Assembly (NCBI GenBank): GCA_017413025.1
Contig: JAFPVE010000021.1
Location: 77-64,076, forward strand
Direction of reading: 5' to 3'
Origin: Acetobacter sp.
Lineage (GTDB): Bacteria > Pseudomonadota > Alphaproteobacteria > Acetobacterales > Acetobacteraceae
DNA length: 64,000 nt
The notes below the pieces were generated by a model that had not been told where the DNA came from, ran no database searches, and saw only the letters and a list, made by a program, of their open reading frames with translations. Every line of letters begins with the position of its first letter. Within the stretch, counting starts at the first letter, position 1. Below are positions 19,113 through 31,083 of the stretch, one piece after another. Made by a program: the position numbers and the translations under genes.

Positions 19113-20584
19113 ATATCCTGCTTTCAGAACTCCTTACATTAGTAAGACTCCCTCCTGTTCCTCATAAACAAGATACTTTAATTCATGCCGTTACAGCAGA
19201 TAGCAGAACTGTATGCCCTGGCACATTATTTTTTGCCTTTGTTGGTACAAAAGTTGATGCGCGTCAATTTATCCCTATGGCGATCAAACAGGGTGCTTCG
19301 GCTCTCTTTGTCCCTAAAGATACCCCTCCTATTTCAGCACCTTTAGACTGTCCTGTGATTTATACCCAAAATTTACGGCGTATATTTGCGCAAATGGCTG
19401 CGCATCTTGCAGGAGATTTTCCTTCAACACTAATAGCAATAACAGGAACCAATGGTAAAACAAGTAGTGCTGATTTTACTCGCCAGCTTTGGCACTTACA
19501 AAACATCAAAGCAGCTGGTATTGGCACATTAGGACCAACAGGTGTTTCTTTTTCAGACATTTCTCTCCCCCCTCTTACAACGCCAGACCCTGTTAGCCTT
19601 TCTCATACTCTTGCAATCCTTGAAAAACGAGGTATCCATCATGTTGTTTTAGAGGCTTCTTCTCACGGATTAGAACAACACCGTCTTGATGGATTACACT
19701 TGCGTGCTGCGGGAATGACAAACCTTACGCACGACCACCTTGATTATCATAGTACAATACATAATTACCGTAAGGCAAAATTACGCCTATTTGACGAACT
19801 TCTCCCAGAGGGAAGTCTTGCTGTTGCTCATGCCGATATGGATCAAGAAAGCCTATACGCCTTACAGGCTATTGCGCATAAACGCTTTCAAAACCTACGC
19901 CTCGTTGGAAAACAAGGTAACGCTATTCGCCTGCTTGCCTGTTTGCCAACACCTACAGGACAGGAACTTACACTTGAGTGTTATGGACAAAAACAGCATG
20001 TTTTTTTCCCATTACTTGGACGTTTTCAAGTTGATAATATTCTCCTTGCTGTAGCACTTGTTGCTATAACAGATGATGACCTTCTGACAACACTGACTTT
20101 ACTTCCCAAAATACAAGGTGTACGGGGACGTATGGAGCATATTACCACACTCCATAATGGTGCTTGCATTTATGTTGATTACGCACACACACCCGATGCA
20201 ATAACCTCCCTTCTTACCTCTCTCCGTCCCCATGTACACGGCAAACTGATTCTTGTTTTTGGTGCTGGCGGGGATCGCGATAGCGACAAACGCATCCTTA
20301 TGGGACAAGCTGCAGCCCGCTATGCTGATCTTGTCATTGTTACTGACGACAACCCTCGTAATGAAAACCCCTCAATAATACGCGCAGCACTCTGCGCTGG
20401 TGCGCCTCATGCCTATGAAATTCCTGACAGACGCACAGCGATTGCTGAAGCGATGACCTTATCAAAATCTGGTGATATAGTGGTTGTTGCTGGTAAAGGT
20501 CATGAACAAGGACAAATTATCGGTACAGAGATTTTGCCCTTTGATGATGGCAATACTATTAGATCATTGGCTGGCACTCTATGA
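19109..20584 (+). CDS. murE: UDP-MurNAc-tripeptide synthetase (meso-DAP type)
   Basis: ITGTNGKTS, LEASSHGL, NLTHDHLDYH, VDYAHTPD, DNPR, AGKGHE. Confidence 0.96.
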   Translation: MNILLSELLTLVRLPPVPHKQDTLIHAVTADSRTVCPGTLFFAFVGTKVDARQFIPMAIKQGASALFVPKDTPPISAPLDCPVIYTQNLRRIFAQMAAHLAGDFPSTLIAITGTNGKTSSADFTRQLWHLQNIKAAGIGTLGPTGVSFSDISLPPLTTPDPVSLSHTLAILEKRGIHHVVLEASSHGLEQHRLDGLHLRAAGMTNLTHDHLDYHSTIHNYRKAKLRLFDELLPEGSLAVAHADMDQESLYALQAIAHKRFQNLRLVGKQGNAIRLLACLPTPTGQELTLECYGQKQHVFFPLLGRFQVDNILLAVALVAITDDDLLTTLTLLPKIQGVRGRMEHITTLHNGACIYVDYAHTPDAITSLLTSLRPHVHGKLILVFGAGGDRDSDKRILMGQAAARYADLVIVTDDNPRNENPSIIRAALCAGAPHAYEIPDRRTAIAEAMTLSKSGDIVVVAGKGHEQGQIIGTEILPFDDGNTIRSLAGTL

Positions 20585-22005
20585 GCAAAACAACAATAAG
20601 ACCTTTATGGACACGCAACGAACTCGAAACTGCCACAAAAGGACGTTTCCTAGCTGAAGGTCAGGCTGACATTTTTGGGGTTTCAATTGATACGCGTACC
20701 CTCCGTGCCGGAGATCTTTTTATTGCTCTCAAAGGCTATAACAGCGACGGTCACCACCATATAGCCGCCGCTCTTGAACGAGGTGCCTCTGCTGTTATGA
20801 TACATGACACCTCTTTTTACCATACAAAAGACCCTCGCCTTCTCTATGTCACAGATACCATGGCTGGGTTAGAAGCTTTAGGAAAAGCTGCTAGATCACG
20901 ATTTCACGGTAAAATGATTGCAATTACCGGTAGTGTAGGAAAAACCACCACAAAAGAAATGCTTCGTTTGTGCTTAAGTGCATGTGCCTCAACACACGCT
21001 GCTGAAGCCTCCTATAATAACCATTGGGGTGTACCTCTAACACTTGCCCGTCTCCCCCGCGATTCGATGTTTTGTATTAGCGAAATTGGTATGAACCACC
21101 CGGGAGAAATTCTTCCTCTTGCCCATATGGTCATCCCCGATATTGCCATTATCACAACAATAGCCCCTGCCCATTTAGGACATATGGGAAGTTTAGACGC
21201 TATCGCACAAGAAAAATCCTCTCTTTTCCTTACTCTTTCTAAAAAAGGTATTGCTATCTTGTCAGAAAATATTGACGGACTACCCTTTTTCATTCGGGCT
21301 ACCCAACAAGCAAAAGTTATAGCTTGGCTAATAGGCGAAGAGGAACAAACAAGTAAACAAATTGACAATAAAATTCGCTATAAACTATTAAAACACGATG
21401 CTCATGGTTCGCAATTTAATTTCTTTTTTGAGGACAATATTTTTAGTGTACACCTTACTGCCCCGGGTCTTCATCTCGTTCATAATGCTGTTCATGCTCT
21501 TGCTGCCTGCGCTGCCTGTGGTGTTCATCTTCCAACAGCGATTGCTGCTTTAGCCTCTTTCCGTCCTAGCGCAGGGAGAGGATCTATAAGTAGACTTTCC
21601 CAAGGGCGTATAACGCTCATCGATGAAAGCTATAATGCTTCAAGTACTTCTATTCGTGCTGCTCTTAATGTACTCCGCATTATCCCTGCATGCCGTAGGA
21701 TTGCCGTTTTAGGCGATATAGGTGAGCTTGGTCCTTTTGCTTTGGCAGAACATAAATCATTAGTAGATCCAGTAGTCAATTCTGCCGATCTTGTTTTTTG
21801 TTGCGGTCACTCTATGAAAATACTTTTTGATGCTCTTCCGTCCTCTCATCAAGGGGTATGGACTAAAACTGCAACGGATCTAGTACCTTTCCTGATAAGC
21901 CACCTTACAACAGGGGATTCTATACTCGTAAAAGGAAGTTTAAGCAGCCATATGCGCGATATTGTACAGTCCCTTAAAACGATCTCTTTAGAGGATATTT
22001 CCTAA
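20581..22005 (+). CDS. murF: UDP-MurNAc-pentapeptide synthetase
   Basis: SIDTR, ITGSVGKTTTKE, YNNHWGVP, EIGMNHPGEI, IDESYNA, VKGS. Confidence 0.96.
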   Translation: MSKTTIRPLWTRNELETATKGRFLAEGQADIFGVSIDTRTLRAGDLFIALKGYNSDGHHHIAAALERGASAVMIHDTSFYHTKDPRLLYVTDTMAGLEALGKAARSRFHGKMIAITGSVGKTTTKEMLRLCLSACASTHAAEASYNNHWGVPLTLARLPRDSMFCISEIGMNHPGEILPLAHMVIPDIAIITTIAPAHLGHMGSLDAIAQEKSSLFLTLSKKGIAILSENIDGLPFFIRATQQAKVIAWLIGEEEQTSKQIDNKIRYKLLKHDAHGSQFNFFFEDNIFSVHLTAPGLHLVHNAVHALAACAACGVHLPTAIAALASFRPSAGRGSISRLSQGRITLIDESYNASSTSIRAALNVLRIIPACRRIAVLGDIGELGPFALAEHKSLVDPVVNSADLVFCCGHSMKILFDALPSSHQGVWTKTATDLVPFLISHLTTGDSILVKGSLSSHMRDIVQSLKTISLEDIS

Positions 22006-23099
22006 TGCTATATATGTTGGCCTCCTATGGGTTTTACCACGGACATATCACCATTCTTAACCTTTTACGCTATATTTCATTCCGTTCTGGATGTGCTTGT
22101 CTTACCGCCTTAATTTTCAGCCTCATTCTTGGAAAACCTTTTATTACAGCACTTAAACGCCTCCAACGCCATGGACAGCCCATTCGTACACTCGGTCCAG
22201 AAAAGCATATTATTGAAAAAGCTGGTACTCCTACCATGGGTGGAGTGTTAATACTAACCACTTTAAGCCTTTCCACATTACTATGGAGTGATCTCTTTAA
22301 TCCATTTATTTGGGCAGTGTGGCTTACGATGTTAGGGTTTGGTACTGTTGGTTTTATTGATGATTATAAAAAACTTATTAAAAACAATACAACGGGACTT
22401 TCTAAACGATCACGGTTAGGCGCCGAATTTCTTATTTCTCTCTTATGTGGGTGGTGGCTTCAATCTCTTATGCCTAAAACACTTGCTTACACACTCACTT
22501 TTCCCTTTGCAAAAGATTTACTCCTTCCTCTTGGTGTTTTTTATTTAGTCTTTGTTATGATTACTATTACAGGATTTGGTAATGCTGTTAATTTTACCGA
22601 TGGACTCGATGGTTTAGCGATAGGATCTGTCATCATTGCAACATTTATCTTCTCTATTTTATGTTATCTTGTCGGCAATCACAGTTTTGCTGATTATTTA
22701 CAAATCCACGCTGTACCTGAAACAGGTGAACTTACTGTATTCTGTGCGGCTCTTATAGGATCTGGGCTTGGTTTTTTATGGTTTAATGCGCCACCTGCCT
22801 CTATATTTATGGGAGATACAGGTTCTCTCTCTCTCGGGGGAGGACTTGGTGCTTTATCAGTCGCGATCAAACACGAACTTGTTTTATGTATTGTTGGAGG
22901 GCTTTTTGTTGCAGAAACCTTTTCCGTTATTATCCAAATACTTTGGTATAAACGTACAAAAAAACGTATTTTTCTTATGGCACCTATCCATCATCACTTT
23001 GAAAAAAAAGGTTGGGACGAACCCAAAATTGTTATTCGTTTCTGGATTATAGCCATTGTTCTAGGCCTATGCGGTCTCGCCACGCTTAAATTACGATGA
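22005..23099 (+). CDS. mraY: Phospho-MurNAc-pentapeptide transferase
   Basis: KAGTPTMGG, GFIDDY, NAVNFTDGLDGL, IFMGDTGS, MAPIHHHFE. Confidence 0.97.
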   Translation: MLYMLASYGFYHGHITILNLLRYISFRSGCACLTALIFSLILGKPFITALKRLQRHGQPIRTLGPEKHIIEKAGTPTMGGVLILTTLSLSTLLWSDLFNPFIWAVWLTMLGFGTVGFIDDYKKLIKNNTTGLSKRSRLGAEFLISLLCGWWLQSLMPKTLAYTLTFPFAKDLLLPLGVFYLVFVMITITGFGNAVNFTDGLDGLAIGSVIIATFIFSILCYLVGNHSFADYLQIHAVPETGELTVFCAALIGSGLGFLWFNAPPASIFMGDTGSLSLGGGLGALSVAIKHELVLCIVGGLFVAETFSVIIQILWYKRTKKRIFLMAPIHHHFEKKGWDEPKIVIRFWIIAIVLGLCGLATLKLR

Positions 23100-24496
23100 C
23101 TTCTGAACTCCACACTCTTTTTACAGGACAGCGTTTTGCTGTTTTTGGTCTAGGACACAATGGTTTATCGGCTGTTTGCACACTTGCTACCTATGGTGCG
23201 TTTGTCCAAACATGGGACGACACAGAGACCGCACGCTTTGCCCTTAGCCACTCTTTATCTCCTCAACAAAAGCAGCACGTTTTTCTTGCACCGTTTACAA
23301 CACTAGAAGGGTTTACAGCTCTCATTCTTTCCCCGGGTATTCCCCACCACCTTCCTCAACCTCATCCTATTGCACAACGTGCCCAACAAGCAGGCATTCC
23401 TATCTTATCAGATGCAGAATTGTTATATCGCGCTGTGCGTGCACATGGTAGCCAAGCACGATTTGTTGGTATTACTGGTACCAATGGCAAATCAACCACA
23501 ACAACCCTCCTTGCCCATATTCTCCAGCAAGCTGGATTCCCAACAGCCGCAGGAGGTAACCTCGGACCAGCTGCCATTTCTCTGCCATTACTCCCAGATC
23601 ATGGAATCTATATTTTGGAAATGTCCTCTTACATGTTGGAACGCCTAGAAAGCCTCCATTTTAACATAGCATGTCTTCTCAACCTCACCCCGGATCATCT
23701 CGACCGCCATGGCGATATGGCGGGCTATACCTATGCCAAAATGCAAATTTTTAACCATCAAACCTCTCAAGATCTTGCTGTTGTTGGTATTGATGACCCT
23801 TTATGCCATCGCATAGCGCAAAGCTTTTTTTATAAAAATATTCCTTGTAAAACAATTTCAACAGTCAATCGTAAAAGCACTTATTTCGGAACTTATTCTA
23901 AAGATCAAGGAACACTCTGGCATAATCAGATTGCCATTGCACACACAGGATCCACACTTCCGGGCATCCATAACACCCAAAACGCCCTTGCGGCGATAGC
24001 TATGGCACGTTTTATAGGAGTTTCTGATTATGTTATCGCACAGGCTTTACTTTCTTTCCCCGGGTTACCACACCGACAAAAACATGTTGCAACGTACCAC
24101 GGCATCACTTTTATCGATGATAGTAAAGCAACCAATGCTGATGCTACTTCACGTGCGTTAGAATGCTATGATAGAATTATTTGGATTGTAGGCGGATTAG
24201 CAAAAGAAAACGGTATTACATCGTTAGTGCCCTACTTCCATCGTATTACACATGCTTTTCTTATTGGAAAAGACGCAGCTATCCTTGCAAAAACTCTTGT
24301 AAAATATGATGTACCCCATACTCTCGCAACGACTTTAGAAAATGCCGTGCCTTTGGCCTATCATACAGCACAATGTACCTCTACCCCTATCGTACTATTA
24401 TCACCTGCATGTGCTAGTTTTGACCAATTTACCAATTTTGAAGCACGTGGTATACGCTTTCAAGAATTGGTACACAATATCTGTCAGACCGCATAG
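23096..24496 (+). CDS. murD: UDP-MurNAc-L-Ala:D-Glu ligase
   Basis: ITGTNGKSTT, GGNLG, EMSSY, NLTPDHLDRH, DDSKATN, LLSPACASFDQF. Confidence 0.96.
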   Translation: MTSELHTLFTGQRFAVFGLGHNGLSAVCTLATYGAFVQTWDDTETARFALSHSLSPQQKQHVFLAPFTTLEGFTALILSPGIPHHLPQPHPIAQRAQQAGIPILSDAELLYRAVRAHGSQARFVGITGTNGKSTTTTLLAHILQQAGFPTAAGGNLGPAAISLPLLPDHGIYILEMSSYMLERLESLHFNIACLLNLTPDHLDRHGDMAGYTYAKMQIFNHQTSQDLAVVGIDDPLCHRIAQSFFYKNIPCKTISTVNRKSTYFGTYSKDQGTLWHNQIAIAHTGSTLPGIHNTQNALAAIAMARFIGVSDYVIAQALLSFPGLPHRQKHVATYHGITFIDDSKATNADATSRALECYDRIIWIVGGLAKENGITSLVPYFHRITHAFLIGKDAAILAKTLVKYDVPHTLATTLENAVPLAYHTAQCTSTPIVLLSPACASFDQFTNFEARGIRFQELVHNICQTA

Positions 24497-24508
24497 GAAC
24501 AATTTTTA

Positions 24509-25642
24509 ATGTCTGGATATTCTCGCCTTGATAACTCTTTTTTTGGTCAATGGTGGCACACGATCGATCGCGCAACCCTTATTTGTACTTTTATTCTCAT
24601 AGGCTTTGGTTGTATTTTAGTAATGGCTGCCAGCCCTGCTGTTGCACTTCGTATTGGTGCCTCTCGTAATATTTTTATTTTTAAGCAAGTTTTTTTTCTT
24701 ACTATAGCTGCTTGTATTGTCATTTCAACTTCGACACTTTCACGTAAAGCCGTTTTACAGCTTTCTCTTTGGGGGGGGCTCGTTATGCTTTGCGCTACAG
24801 CAACAACCCTTTTCCATGGTTTAGAAATTAAAGGCGCGCGACGATGGATTGCTTTGCCAGTCATGTCTATTCAACCTTCAGAGTTTCTTAAACCCTGTTT
24901 TGCTGTTGTTACAAGTTGGTTGCTGACACAACGATACATCTTACGTTATTTTCCCGGTATGCTTATTGCTTTTATTCTTTATGGCACCATAGCTTTTCTT
25001 TTACAAGCTCAACCTGATATTGGTATGCTTACGGTCATTACTTCTGTTTTTTTAACCCAACTTTTTATTAATGGATTAAGTCTTACTTTATTTGGTGTAG
25101 GGTGTGGTGTGATGATCTGTATGGGGATCAGTGCTTTTTTTATTTTTCCACATGTCCATTCTCGTGTGGAGCGCTTTTTACATCCTCATCTTGGTGACCA
25201 CTACCAAATTGATGTTGCTTTACGTGCTTTTGGCAATGGTGGCCTTTTCGGACGTGGTCCCGGAGAGGGGCAGATCAAAAATCTATTACCAGATGCCCAT
25301 GCCGACTTCATTTTTGCTGTTGCTGGAGAAGAGTATGGTCTTATTGGCTGTGGGTTGATTCTTGTTGTATTTTTTTTCATTATTCTCTTCACCCTCCGCC
25401 GTATAATCCGGAACGATAATCCTTTTACCATCATTTCGACAACAGGACTTATTACTGGTTTTGGCTTACAAGCCTGTATCAATATGGCTTCTTCCCTTCA
25501 TCTTATCCCAACCAAAGGTATGACACTACCTTTTATTTCTTATGGTGGTTCATCCGCTATATCTGTTGCACTAACCATCGGCATGATTTTAGCCTTAACA
25601 CGACAACGCATTAGCACTTATCAAAATAATTATCTTCCATAA
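24509..25642 (+). CDS. ftsW: SEDS peptidoglycan polymerase
   Basis: KGARRWI, QPSEFLK, QPDIG, LPDAHADFIF, PTKGMTLPFISYGGSS. Confidence 0.96.
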   Translation: MSGYSRLDNSFFGQWWHTIDRATLICTFILIGFGCILVMAASPAVALRIGASRNIFIFKQVFFLTIAACIVISTSTLSRKAVLQLSLWGGLVMLCATATTLFHGLEIKGARRWIALPVMSIQPSEFLKPCFAVVTSWLLTQRYILRYFPGMLIAFILYGTIAFLLQAQPDIGMLTVITSVFLTQLFINGLSLTLFGVGCGVMICMGISAFFIFPHVHSRVERFLHPHLGDHYQIDVALRAFGNGGLFGRGPGEGQIKNLLPDAHADFIFAVAGEEYGLIGCGLILVVFFFIILFTLRRIIRNDNPFTIISTTGLITGFGLQACINMASSLHLIPTKGMTLPFISYGGSSAISVALTIGMILALTRQRISTYQNNYLP

Positions 25643-25710
25643 TTTTTTCTGTTTCTCCCACCTCTAACACAAAGTCTTGCTAAAACAACTTCTTCATATA
25701 CTTTCTAGCA

Positions 25711-26856
25711 ATGAGTAATCTTTTAACAAAACCAAGCACTATTGTTATTGCAGCCGGTGGAACAGGAGGACATTTCTTTCCTGCTGAAGCTTTAGCTGAT
25801 ATTCTTTATCACAGAGGGCATACACTTGTACTTATGACAGATATCCGTACTGGAATACGTAAAACTGGCGTATTTTCCTCCTGTAAGCAATATGTCTTAC
25901 CAGGATCTGGTGTTGTCGGACGTAGTCCTTTACGTGCTGCTTCCGCAGGGTTAACCCTTCTTCACAGTGCATGGAAAGCGCGTCAAATTTTTACGACACT
26001 TTCTCCCGATATTGTTATAGGTTTTGGAGGCTATTCTTCTGTTCCACCTATAATTGGCGCACGCCTTTTAAACCGTCAAAGGCCTATTCTTATTCTTCAC
26101 GAAGGTAACGCTGTACTTGGCAGAGCAAATGCCCTGCTCTCTCGCTTTGCTGATGTTATTGCAACTTCGTTTCCAAGCGTTGCGCGCTTACCGAAAGATG
26201 CACAAGTCATGTTCACAGGCATGCCTATACGGCCTAGTATTGCCGCTTTAGCACATAAACCTTGGATACCCCTTACAAACAATAGCGACCGTATCAATCT
26301 ACTTGTTTGGGGTGGATCTCTCGGGGCTCATATATTCTCATATGTTGTTCCTCAAGCTATTGGACAATTACCAGACTTTTTACGTAAACGCATCCATATC
26401 TTCCAACAAGCTCGTCAGGAAGATGTTGAATCCGTACGCACAGCTTACTCTAATTTAGGCGTTATTGCCCACATCGAGCCTTTTTTTCATCATGTTACAG
26501 ATCTTTTAAAAAAAGCACATTTAGTTATTGGACGTTCTGGCGGATCGTCTGTCGCAGAAATTACTGCTGCTGGACGTCCTTCTATCCTTGTTCCTCTTCC
26601 CTTTGCCGCAAGTGATGAACAAACAGCCAACGCCCGCGTAATCACCCAAGCTAATGCTGGTTGGATGATCCCTCAGTCTGATTTTACAGCAGTAACCCTC
26701 GCTACACAGCTAGAAAACCTTTTTACGAATCCTGAAAAGATTACGCTGGCAGCTCAAGCAGCAGCAAAACTTGCCCGCCCTCATGCTGCTGAACATTTAG
26801 CCAACGTTTTAGAAGAATACCTCGTTTTTTCTTCGCATCGTTTTACATCCCTATAA
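25711..26856 (+). CDS. murG: Lipid II GlcNAc transferase
   Basis: [43 protein letters not shown]. Confidence 0.96.
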   Translation: MSNLLTKPSTIVIAAGGTGGHFFPAEALADILYHRGHTLVLMTDIRTGIRKTGVFSSCKQYVLPGSGVVGRSPLRAASAGLTLLHSAWKARQIFTTLSPDIVIGFGGYSSVPPIIGARLLNRQRPILILHEGNAVLGRANALLSRFADVIATSFPSVARLPKDAQVMFTGMPIRPSIAALAHKPWIPLTNNSDRINLLVWGGSLGAHIFSYVVPQAIGQLPDFLRKRIHIFQQARQEDVESVRTAYSNLGVIAHIEPFFHHVTDLLKKAHLVIGRSGGSSVAEITAAGRPSILVPLPFAASDEQTANARVITQANAGWMIPQSDFTAVTLATQLENLFTNPEKITLAAQAAAKLARPHAAEHLANVLEEYLVFSSHRFTSL

Positions 26857-26872
26857 CATTGAGATTTTTTTT

Positions 26873-28306
26873 ATGAGAGCTTTACCCTTATCTATTGGAA
26901 CCATCCATTTTATTGGTATTGGCGGTATTGGTATGTCTGGTATCGCTGAAGTACTCCATCTCCTTGGTTATTCTATCCAAGGATCAGATATCGCTGAAAA
27001 TGCCAATATTCAACGCCTACGATCTGCAGGTATCCCTATTACTATTGGACATGATGCCACCAATTTAGAGAATGCACAAGTCGTTGTTGTATCTACTGCT
27101 ATTAACCCTGACAATCCTGAAGTTTTAGCAGCACGTACACGTTTTATCCCCGTTGTCAGGCGTGCTGAAATGCTCGCCGAACTCATGCGTTTACGCTGGT
27201 CGATAGCCATAGGTGGTACCCACGGTAAAACAACGACAACAAGTTTAGTCGCCGCTGTTATGGAATCGGCTAAACTCGATCCGACTGTTATCAATGGAGG
27301 CATTATTGAAGCCTATGGCACAAACACCCGTATGGGAAAAGGAGAGTGGATGGTTGTAGAAGCTGATGAAAGTGATGGTTCTTTCCTTCGCCTTCCCTCC
27401 GTTATTTCTGTTGTAACGAGCATGGACCCTGAACATCTTGACCATTGGGGCACAATAGAAGCTATGGAAGCAGGTTATAGCCAATTTGTTTCTAATGTCC
27501 CTTTTTATGGATTTGCTGTACTATGCGGTGATCATCCCGCTGTACAAAGAATGATCCCCCATCTTTCAGACCATCGTATTATTACTTACGGTTTTTCACC
27601 ACAGGCAGATGTTCGTGCAGAAAGAATCATTACTGACAAATTAGGTGCTACATTCGATGTAATCCTTACTGATCGTGTTAGTAGACGTACTCGAAAAACA
27701 GGTCCTTTTCGCCTCCCCATGTTAGGAGCACACAATGTGCAAAACGCTTTAGCCGCTATTGCGATTGCCACAGAAATGAATATTAATACAGATGTCATTC
27801 GTTCTGGATTAGCCAAGTTTCGTGGTGTTAAGCGACGTTTTACACGCACTGGAGAGTCGGGGGGTATTACTATTATTGATGATTATGGTCATCATCCTGT
27901 TGAGATTGCTGCCGTTCTTAAAGCAGCACGACAAGCTGGTGCCAAAAGAGTCATTGCTGTTATACAACCTCATCGCTATTCTCGTTTAAAAAGCCTATTT
28001 GAAGACTTCTGCACCTGCATGAATGACGCGAATACGGTTATTGTCAGTGATGTCTATGCCGCTGGAGAAGACCCTTTACCAGATATTAACAAAGACAAAT
28101 TGATCGACGGACTCCGTGAACGTGGTCATCGTTCAGTCGTTCCCCTTTCAAACCCTGCACTTCTAGCTGAAATGATCAATGCTATCGCTCTTCCTGGGGA
28201 TTATGTCGTTTGCCTCGGTGCAGGCAGTATTACTCACTGGGCGCAGACACTCCCTGCAGAGCTTGCAGCCTTGCAAAATCAGGACCAACCTCCTAAAGTA
28301 ATATAA
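26873..28306 (+). CDS. murC: UDP-MurNAc:L-Ala ligase
   Basis: [44 protein letters not shown]. Confidence 0.97.
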   Translation: MRALPLSIGTIHFIGIGGIGMSGIAEVLHLLGYSIQGSDIAENANIQRLRSAGIPITIGHDATNLENAQVVVVSTAINPDNPEVLAARTRFIPVVRRAEMLAELMRLRWSIAIGGTHGKTTTTSLVAAVMESAKLDPTVINGGIIEAYGTNTRMGKGEWMVVEADESDGSFLRLPSVISVVTSMDPEHLDHWGTIEAMEAGYSQFVSNVPFYGFAVLCGDHPAVQRMIPHLSDHRIITYGFSPQADVRAERIITDKLGATFDVILTDRVSRRTRKTGPFRLPMLGAHNVQNALAAIAIATEMNINTDVIRSGLAKFRGVKRRFTRTGESGGITIIDDYGHHPVEIAAVLKAARQAGAKRVIAVIQPHRYSRLKSLFEDFCTCMNDANTVIVSDVYAAGEDPLPDINKDKLIDGLRERGHRSVVPLSNPALLAEMINAIALPGDYVVCLGAGSITHWAQTLPAELAALQNQDQPPKVI

Positions 28307-28350
28307 ATACTCTGTTTCGTACCTAACATTAATGTTTCATATAATACAAC

Positions 28351-29262
28351 ATGATCTCACACGCCCTTTCCACTTTACGTGGACGACTTGTTCCACAAGT
28401 GCCCCTCGCTTCACGAACTTGGTTTCGTGTGGGTGGCGTTGCTGAATGGTTATACCAACCTGCTGATCATCATGACCTTGCTCTTGCCTTACACCGTCTC
28501 CCTGATAACGTGCCTATTACTGTATTAGGTGCATGTTCTAATGTTATTATTCGTGACGGCGGCATAGATGGCGTTGTTATCCGATTAGCCCAAGGATTTT
28601 CAGAAATTTGTGTTGAAACTGATGGACTTGTAGCTGGCGGGGCTTCTCTTGACACAACGATAGCAAAAAAAGCTGCCCAAGCCGGTCTTGCTGGATTAGA
28701 ATTTTTGTCGGGTATTCCAGGTAGTCTTGGTGGTGCTGTGCGTATGAATGCTGGTGCCTATCACTCTGATATTGCTACTGTTCTAGAATGGGCTGATATT
28801 ATAACCCGTAGTGGTGAAATAATTAGACTAGATAACACAGCTTTACGCTTTGGGTATCGTTGCTCCGGTCTTTCTCAAGACAGTATTGTTATCCGCGCAC
28901 GCCTCCGTGGAATACCTGATACAATCTCTGACATTACAAACCGTACGAATCAAATTCATATAGCTCGCAAAAAATCACAGCCTATACATACCAGAACAGG
29001 TGGGTCTACTTTTCGTAACCCTGACCATGCTCTTACCCCCCTCAAAGCTTGGGAACTTATTGATGCTGCAGGCTGTAGAGGTTTACGACATGGAGATGCA
29101 CAAATGAGCGAAAAACATTGCAATTTTATGATTAATCTAGGACACGCTACCGCTACAGATCTTGAAACTCTTGGCGAAGATGTACGTAACCGAGTTTTTC
29201 AAAATTGTGGCATCGATTTACACTGGGAAATCAAGCGCCTTGGTAAACACCCTCAAAAATAG
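28351..29262 (+). CDS. murB: UDP-N-acetylenolpyruvoylglucosamine reductase
   Basis: TWFRVGG, SNVIIRDGG, GIPGSLGGAVRMNAGAY, GGSTFRNP, SEKHCNF. Confidence 0.96.
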   Translation: MISHALSTLRGRLVPQVPLASRTWFRVGGVAEWLYQPADHHDLALALHRLPDNVPITVLGACSNVIIRDGGIDGVVIRLAQGFSEICVETDGLVAGGASLDTTIAKKAAQAGLAGLEFLSGIPGSLGGAVRMNAGAYHSDIATVLEWADIITRSGEIIRLDNTALRFGYRCSGLSQDSIVIRARLRGIPDTISDITNRTNQIHIARKKSQPIHTRTGGSTFRNPDHALTPLKAWELIDAAGCRGLRHGDAQMSEKHCNFMINLGHATATDLETLGEDVRNRVFQNCGIDLHWEIKRLGKHPQK

Positions 29263-29275
29263 AGAGGCCCCATTC

Positions 29276-30214
29276 ATGATAAAAACAAAACGCATTACTG
29301 TTCTTATGGGGGGAATCTCTGCTGAACGTGCTGTAAGTCTTTCTTCTGGTAAAAGTGTTGCCAAAGCGCTAACAAGCCTTGGTTATTCTGTACAAACGCT
29401 CGATGTTGGTGTTAATTTAGCTTACGTTATAGAGTCGTTAACAGCCCAAAAACCTGATATTGTTTTTAATGCATTACATGGTCCTTTTGGAGAAGATGGC
29501 TGTATACAAGGTGTTTTAGATTGGCTTAATATACCGTATACCCATTCTGGAATACGAGCTTCCGCAACAGCTATGAACAAAGCAGCAGCTCGATCTGTGT
29601 TTATAGCCGCGGGTATTCCTGTTGCAAAAGGTCGTGTTATAGATATTTCTCGGCTTGCTACAGAAGACCCTTTACCCTGTCCCTATATTATAAAACCCCT
29701 TTGTGAAGGATCTTCTGTAGGTCTTTCTATTGTCTACTCTGGTTCGAACACCCGTAACATCGCCGTACAAGAATGGTGCTTTGGAGAAACAGCTCTTGTA
29801 GAAGAATATATCCCAGGTCGGGAAATTTCGATTAGTGTTATGGCAGATCGTGCTCTTGCCATTACAGAAATTATCCCTCGCCAAGGACATCCCGCTATTT
29901 ATGATTATACAGCAAAATATGCTATTAACGGTTCTCGTCATGTATTACCAGCACAAATAGACCCATCTATAGCCCGTCATGCTATGCATATCGCTGTTAC
30001 AGCCCATCGCGTTTTAGGGTGTTCTGGAGCAAGTAGAGCTGATTTTCGCCTTGATGATACACAAAAAGACCACCAACGCCTTGTTCTGCTAGAAGTCAAC
30101 ACACAACCAGGAATGACAGAGACTTCACTTCTTCCAGAACAAGCTGCTTATTGCGGCATAAGTTACCCAGAACTCTGTAACTGGCTGGTTACTCACGCTA
30201 CTTGTCGACAATGA
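29276..30214 (+). CDS. ddl: D-Ala-D-Ala ligase
   Basis: MGGISAERAVSL, HGPFGEDG, GSSVG, YDYTAKY (Tyr, D-Ala-D-Ala type), LEVNTQPGMT; ATG with GAGG SD. Confidence 0.95.
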   Translation: MIKTKRITVLMGGISAERAVSLSSGKSVAKALTSLGYSVQTLDVGVNLAYVIESLTAQKPDIVFNALHGPFGEDGCIQGVLDWLNIPYTHSGIRASATAMNKAAARSVFIAAGIPVAKGRVIDISRLATEDPLPCPYIIKPLCEGSSVGLSIVYSGSNTRNIAVQEWCFGETALVEEYIPGREISISVMADRALAITEIIPRQGHPAIYDYTAKYAINGSRHVLPAQIDPSIARHAMHIAVTAHRVLGCSGASRADFRLDDTQKDHQRLVLLEVNTQPGMTETSLLPEQAAYCGISYPELCNWLVTHATCRQ

Positions 30215-31071
30215 TTTACCATCGTTATATAAAGAACCGTCCATCGCGTATAAAACTACTCATAACCCGCCAAACATGGCTGTCACACTTATTATTAAGC
30301 CTGTGTACAACAATGTGTTTTTTGGGCATCATATGGTTTTGCTGGACATTACCTATTATCCACGAACATATCACACTTTTACGTAATCAAATACTCGAAA
30401 CCAATACCCCGCGTATTAAAAGTATTCGAATAACTGGTTCTCAAATTACAGATGAAAAAAACATTTATCACTTATTAGGGGTACGTGTCGGAGATCCTTT
30501 GCTAAGTTTCAACATCCAACGTGCAAGTGCCCAACTTAATACTCTACCTTTTGTCAAACATGTCACTATCATACGACATCTCTCTGGCGACATCGTTATA
30601 CACATCGTCGAACGCTATCCTTACGCTATCTGGCAACATCAAGGACAATTTACACTCATCGATAAGGAAGGTCAGAACGTCCAAGATCAAAAAATCAATA
30701 ATAAAGAAAAGGCTATGCTTCTAAAACTTCCTTTGGTCGTAGGTAACGGTGCCAACACATCTGCCGCAACATTATTTGACATTCTCTCACAAGAGCCTAA
30801 CGTAAAATCTCATGTTGTTGCTGCTGTACGTGTAAACAATCGTCGGTGGAATCTCACTTTAAACAACGGCACTATTATCCTTCTTCCAGAAATTCCTGAA
30901 GAAACGACAGCAGCCATTCATTATTTAGCTAAATTAGAAACAAGTATAAACTTACTTGACAGACCTATTCTTTCTATAGATATGCGGTTACCAGATCGAT
31001 TAACAATCAAAATACCTCCTAAACAACAGGATACCTTAACCCCAGTATCAGATACACATAAAAATGGCTAA
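30211..31071 (+). CDS. ftsQ: Cell division protein FtsQ
   Basis: TM plus POTRA domain, ERYPYAIWQ, PLVVG, RRWNL, IDMRLPDR; ATGA overlap with ddl. Confidence 0.9.
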   Translation: MIYHRYIKNRPSRIKLLITRQTWLSHLLLSLCTTMCFLGIIWFCWTLPIIHEHITLLRNQILETNTPRIKSIRITGSQITDEKNIYHLLGVRVGDPLLSFNIQRASAQLNTLPFVKHVTIIRHLSGDIVIHIVERYPYAIWQHQGQFTLIDKEGQNVQDQKINNKEKAMLLKLPLVVGNGANTSAATLFDILSQEPNVKSHVVAAVRVNNRRWNLTLNNGTIILLPEIPEETTAAIHYLAKLETSINLLDRPILSIDMRLPDRLTIKIPPKQQDTLTPVSDTHKNG

Positions 31072-31083
31072 TGTTACGGAAAT

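Noticed and set aside
24771-24778. G8 tract in ftsW as a phase-variation site
   Set aside because: It lies early in an essential gene, so slippage would probably be lethal.
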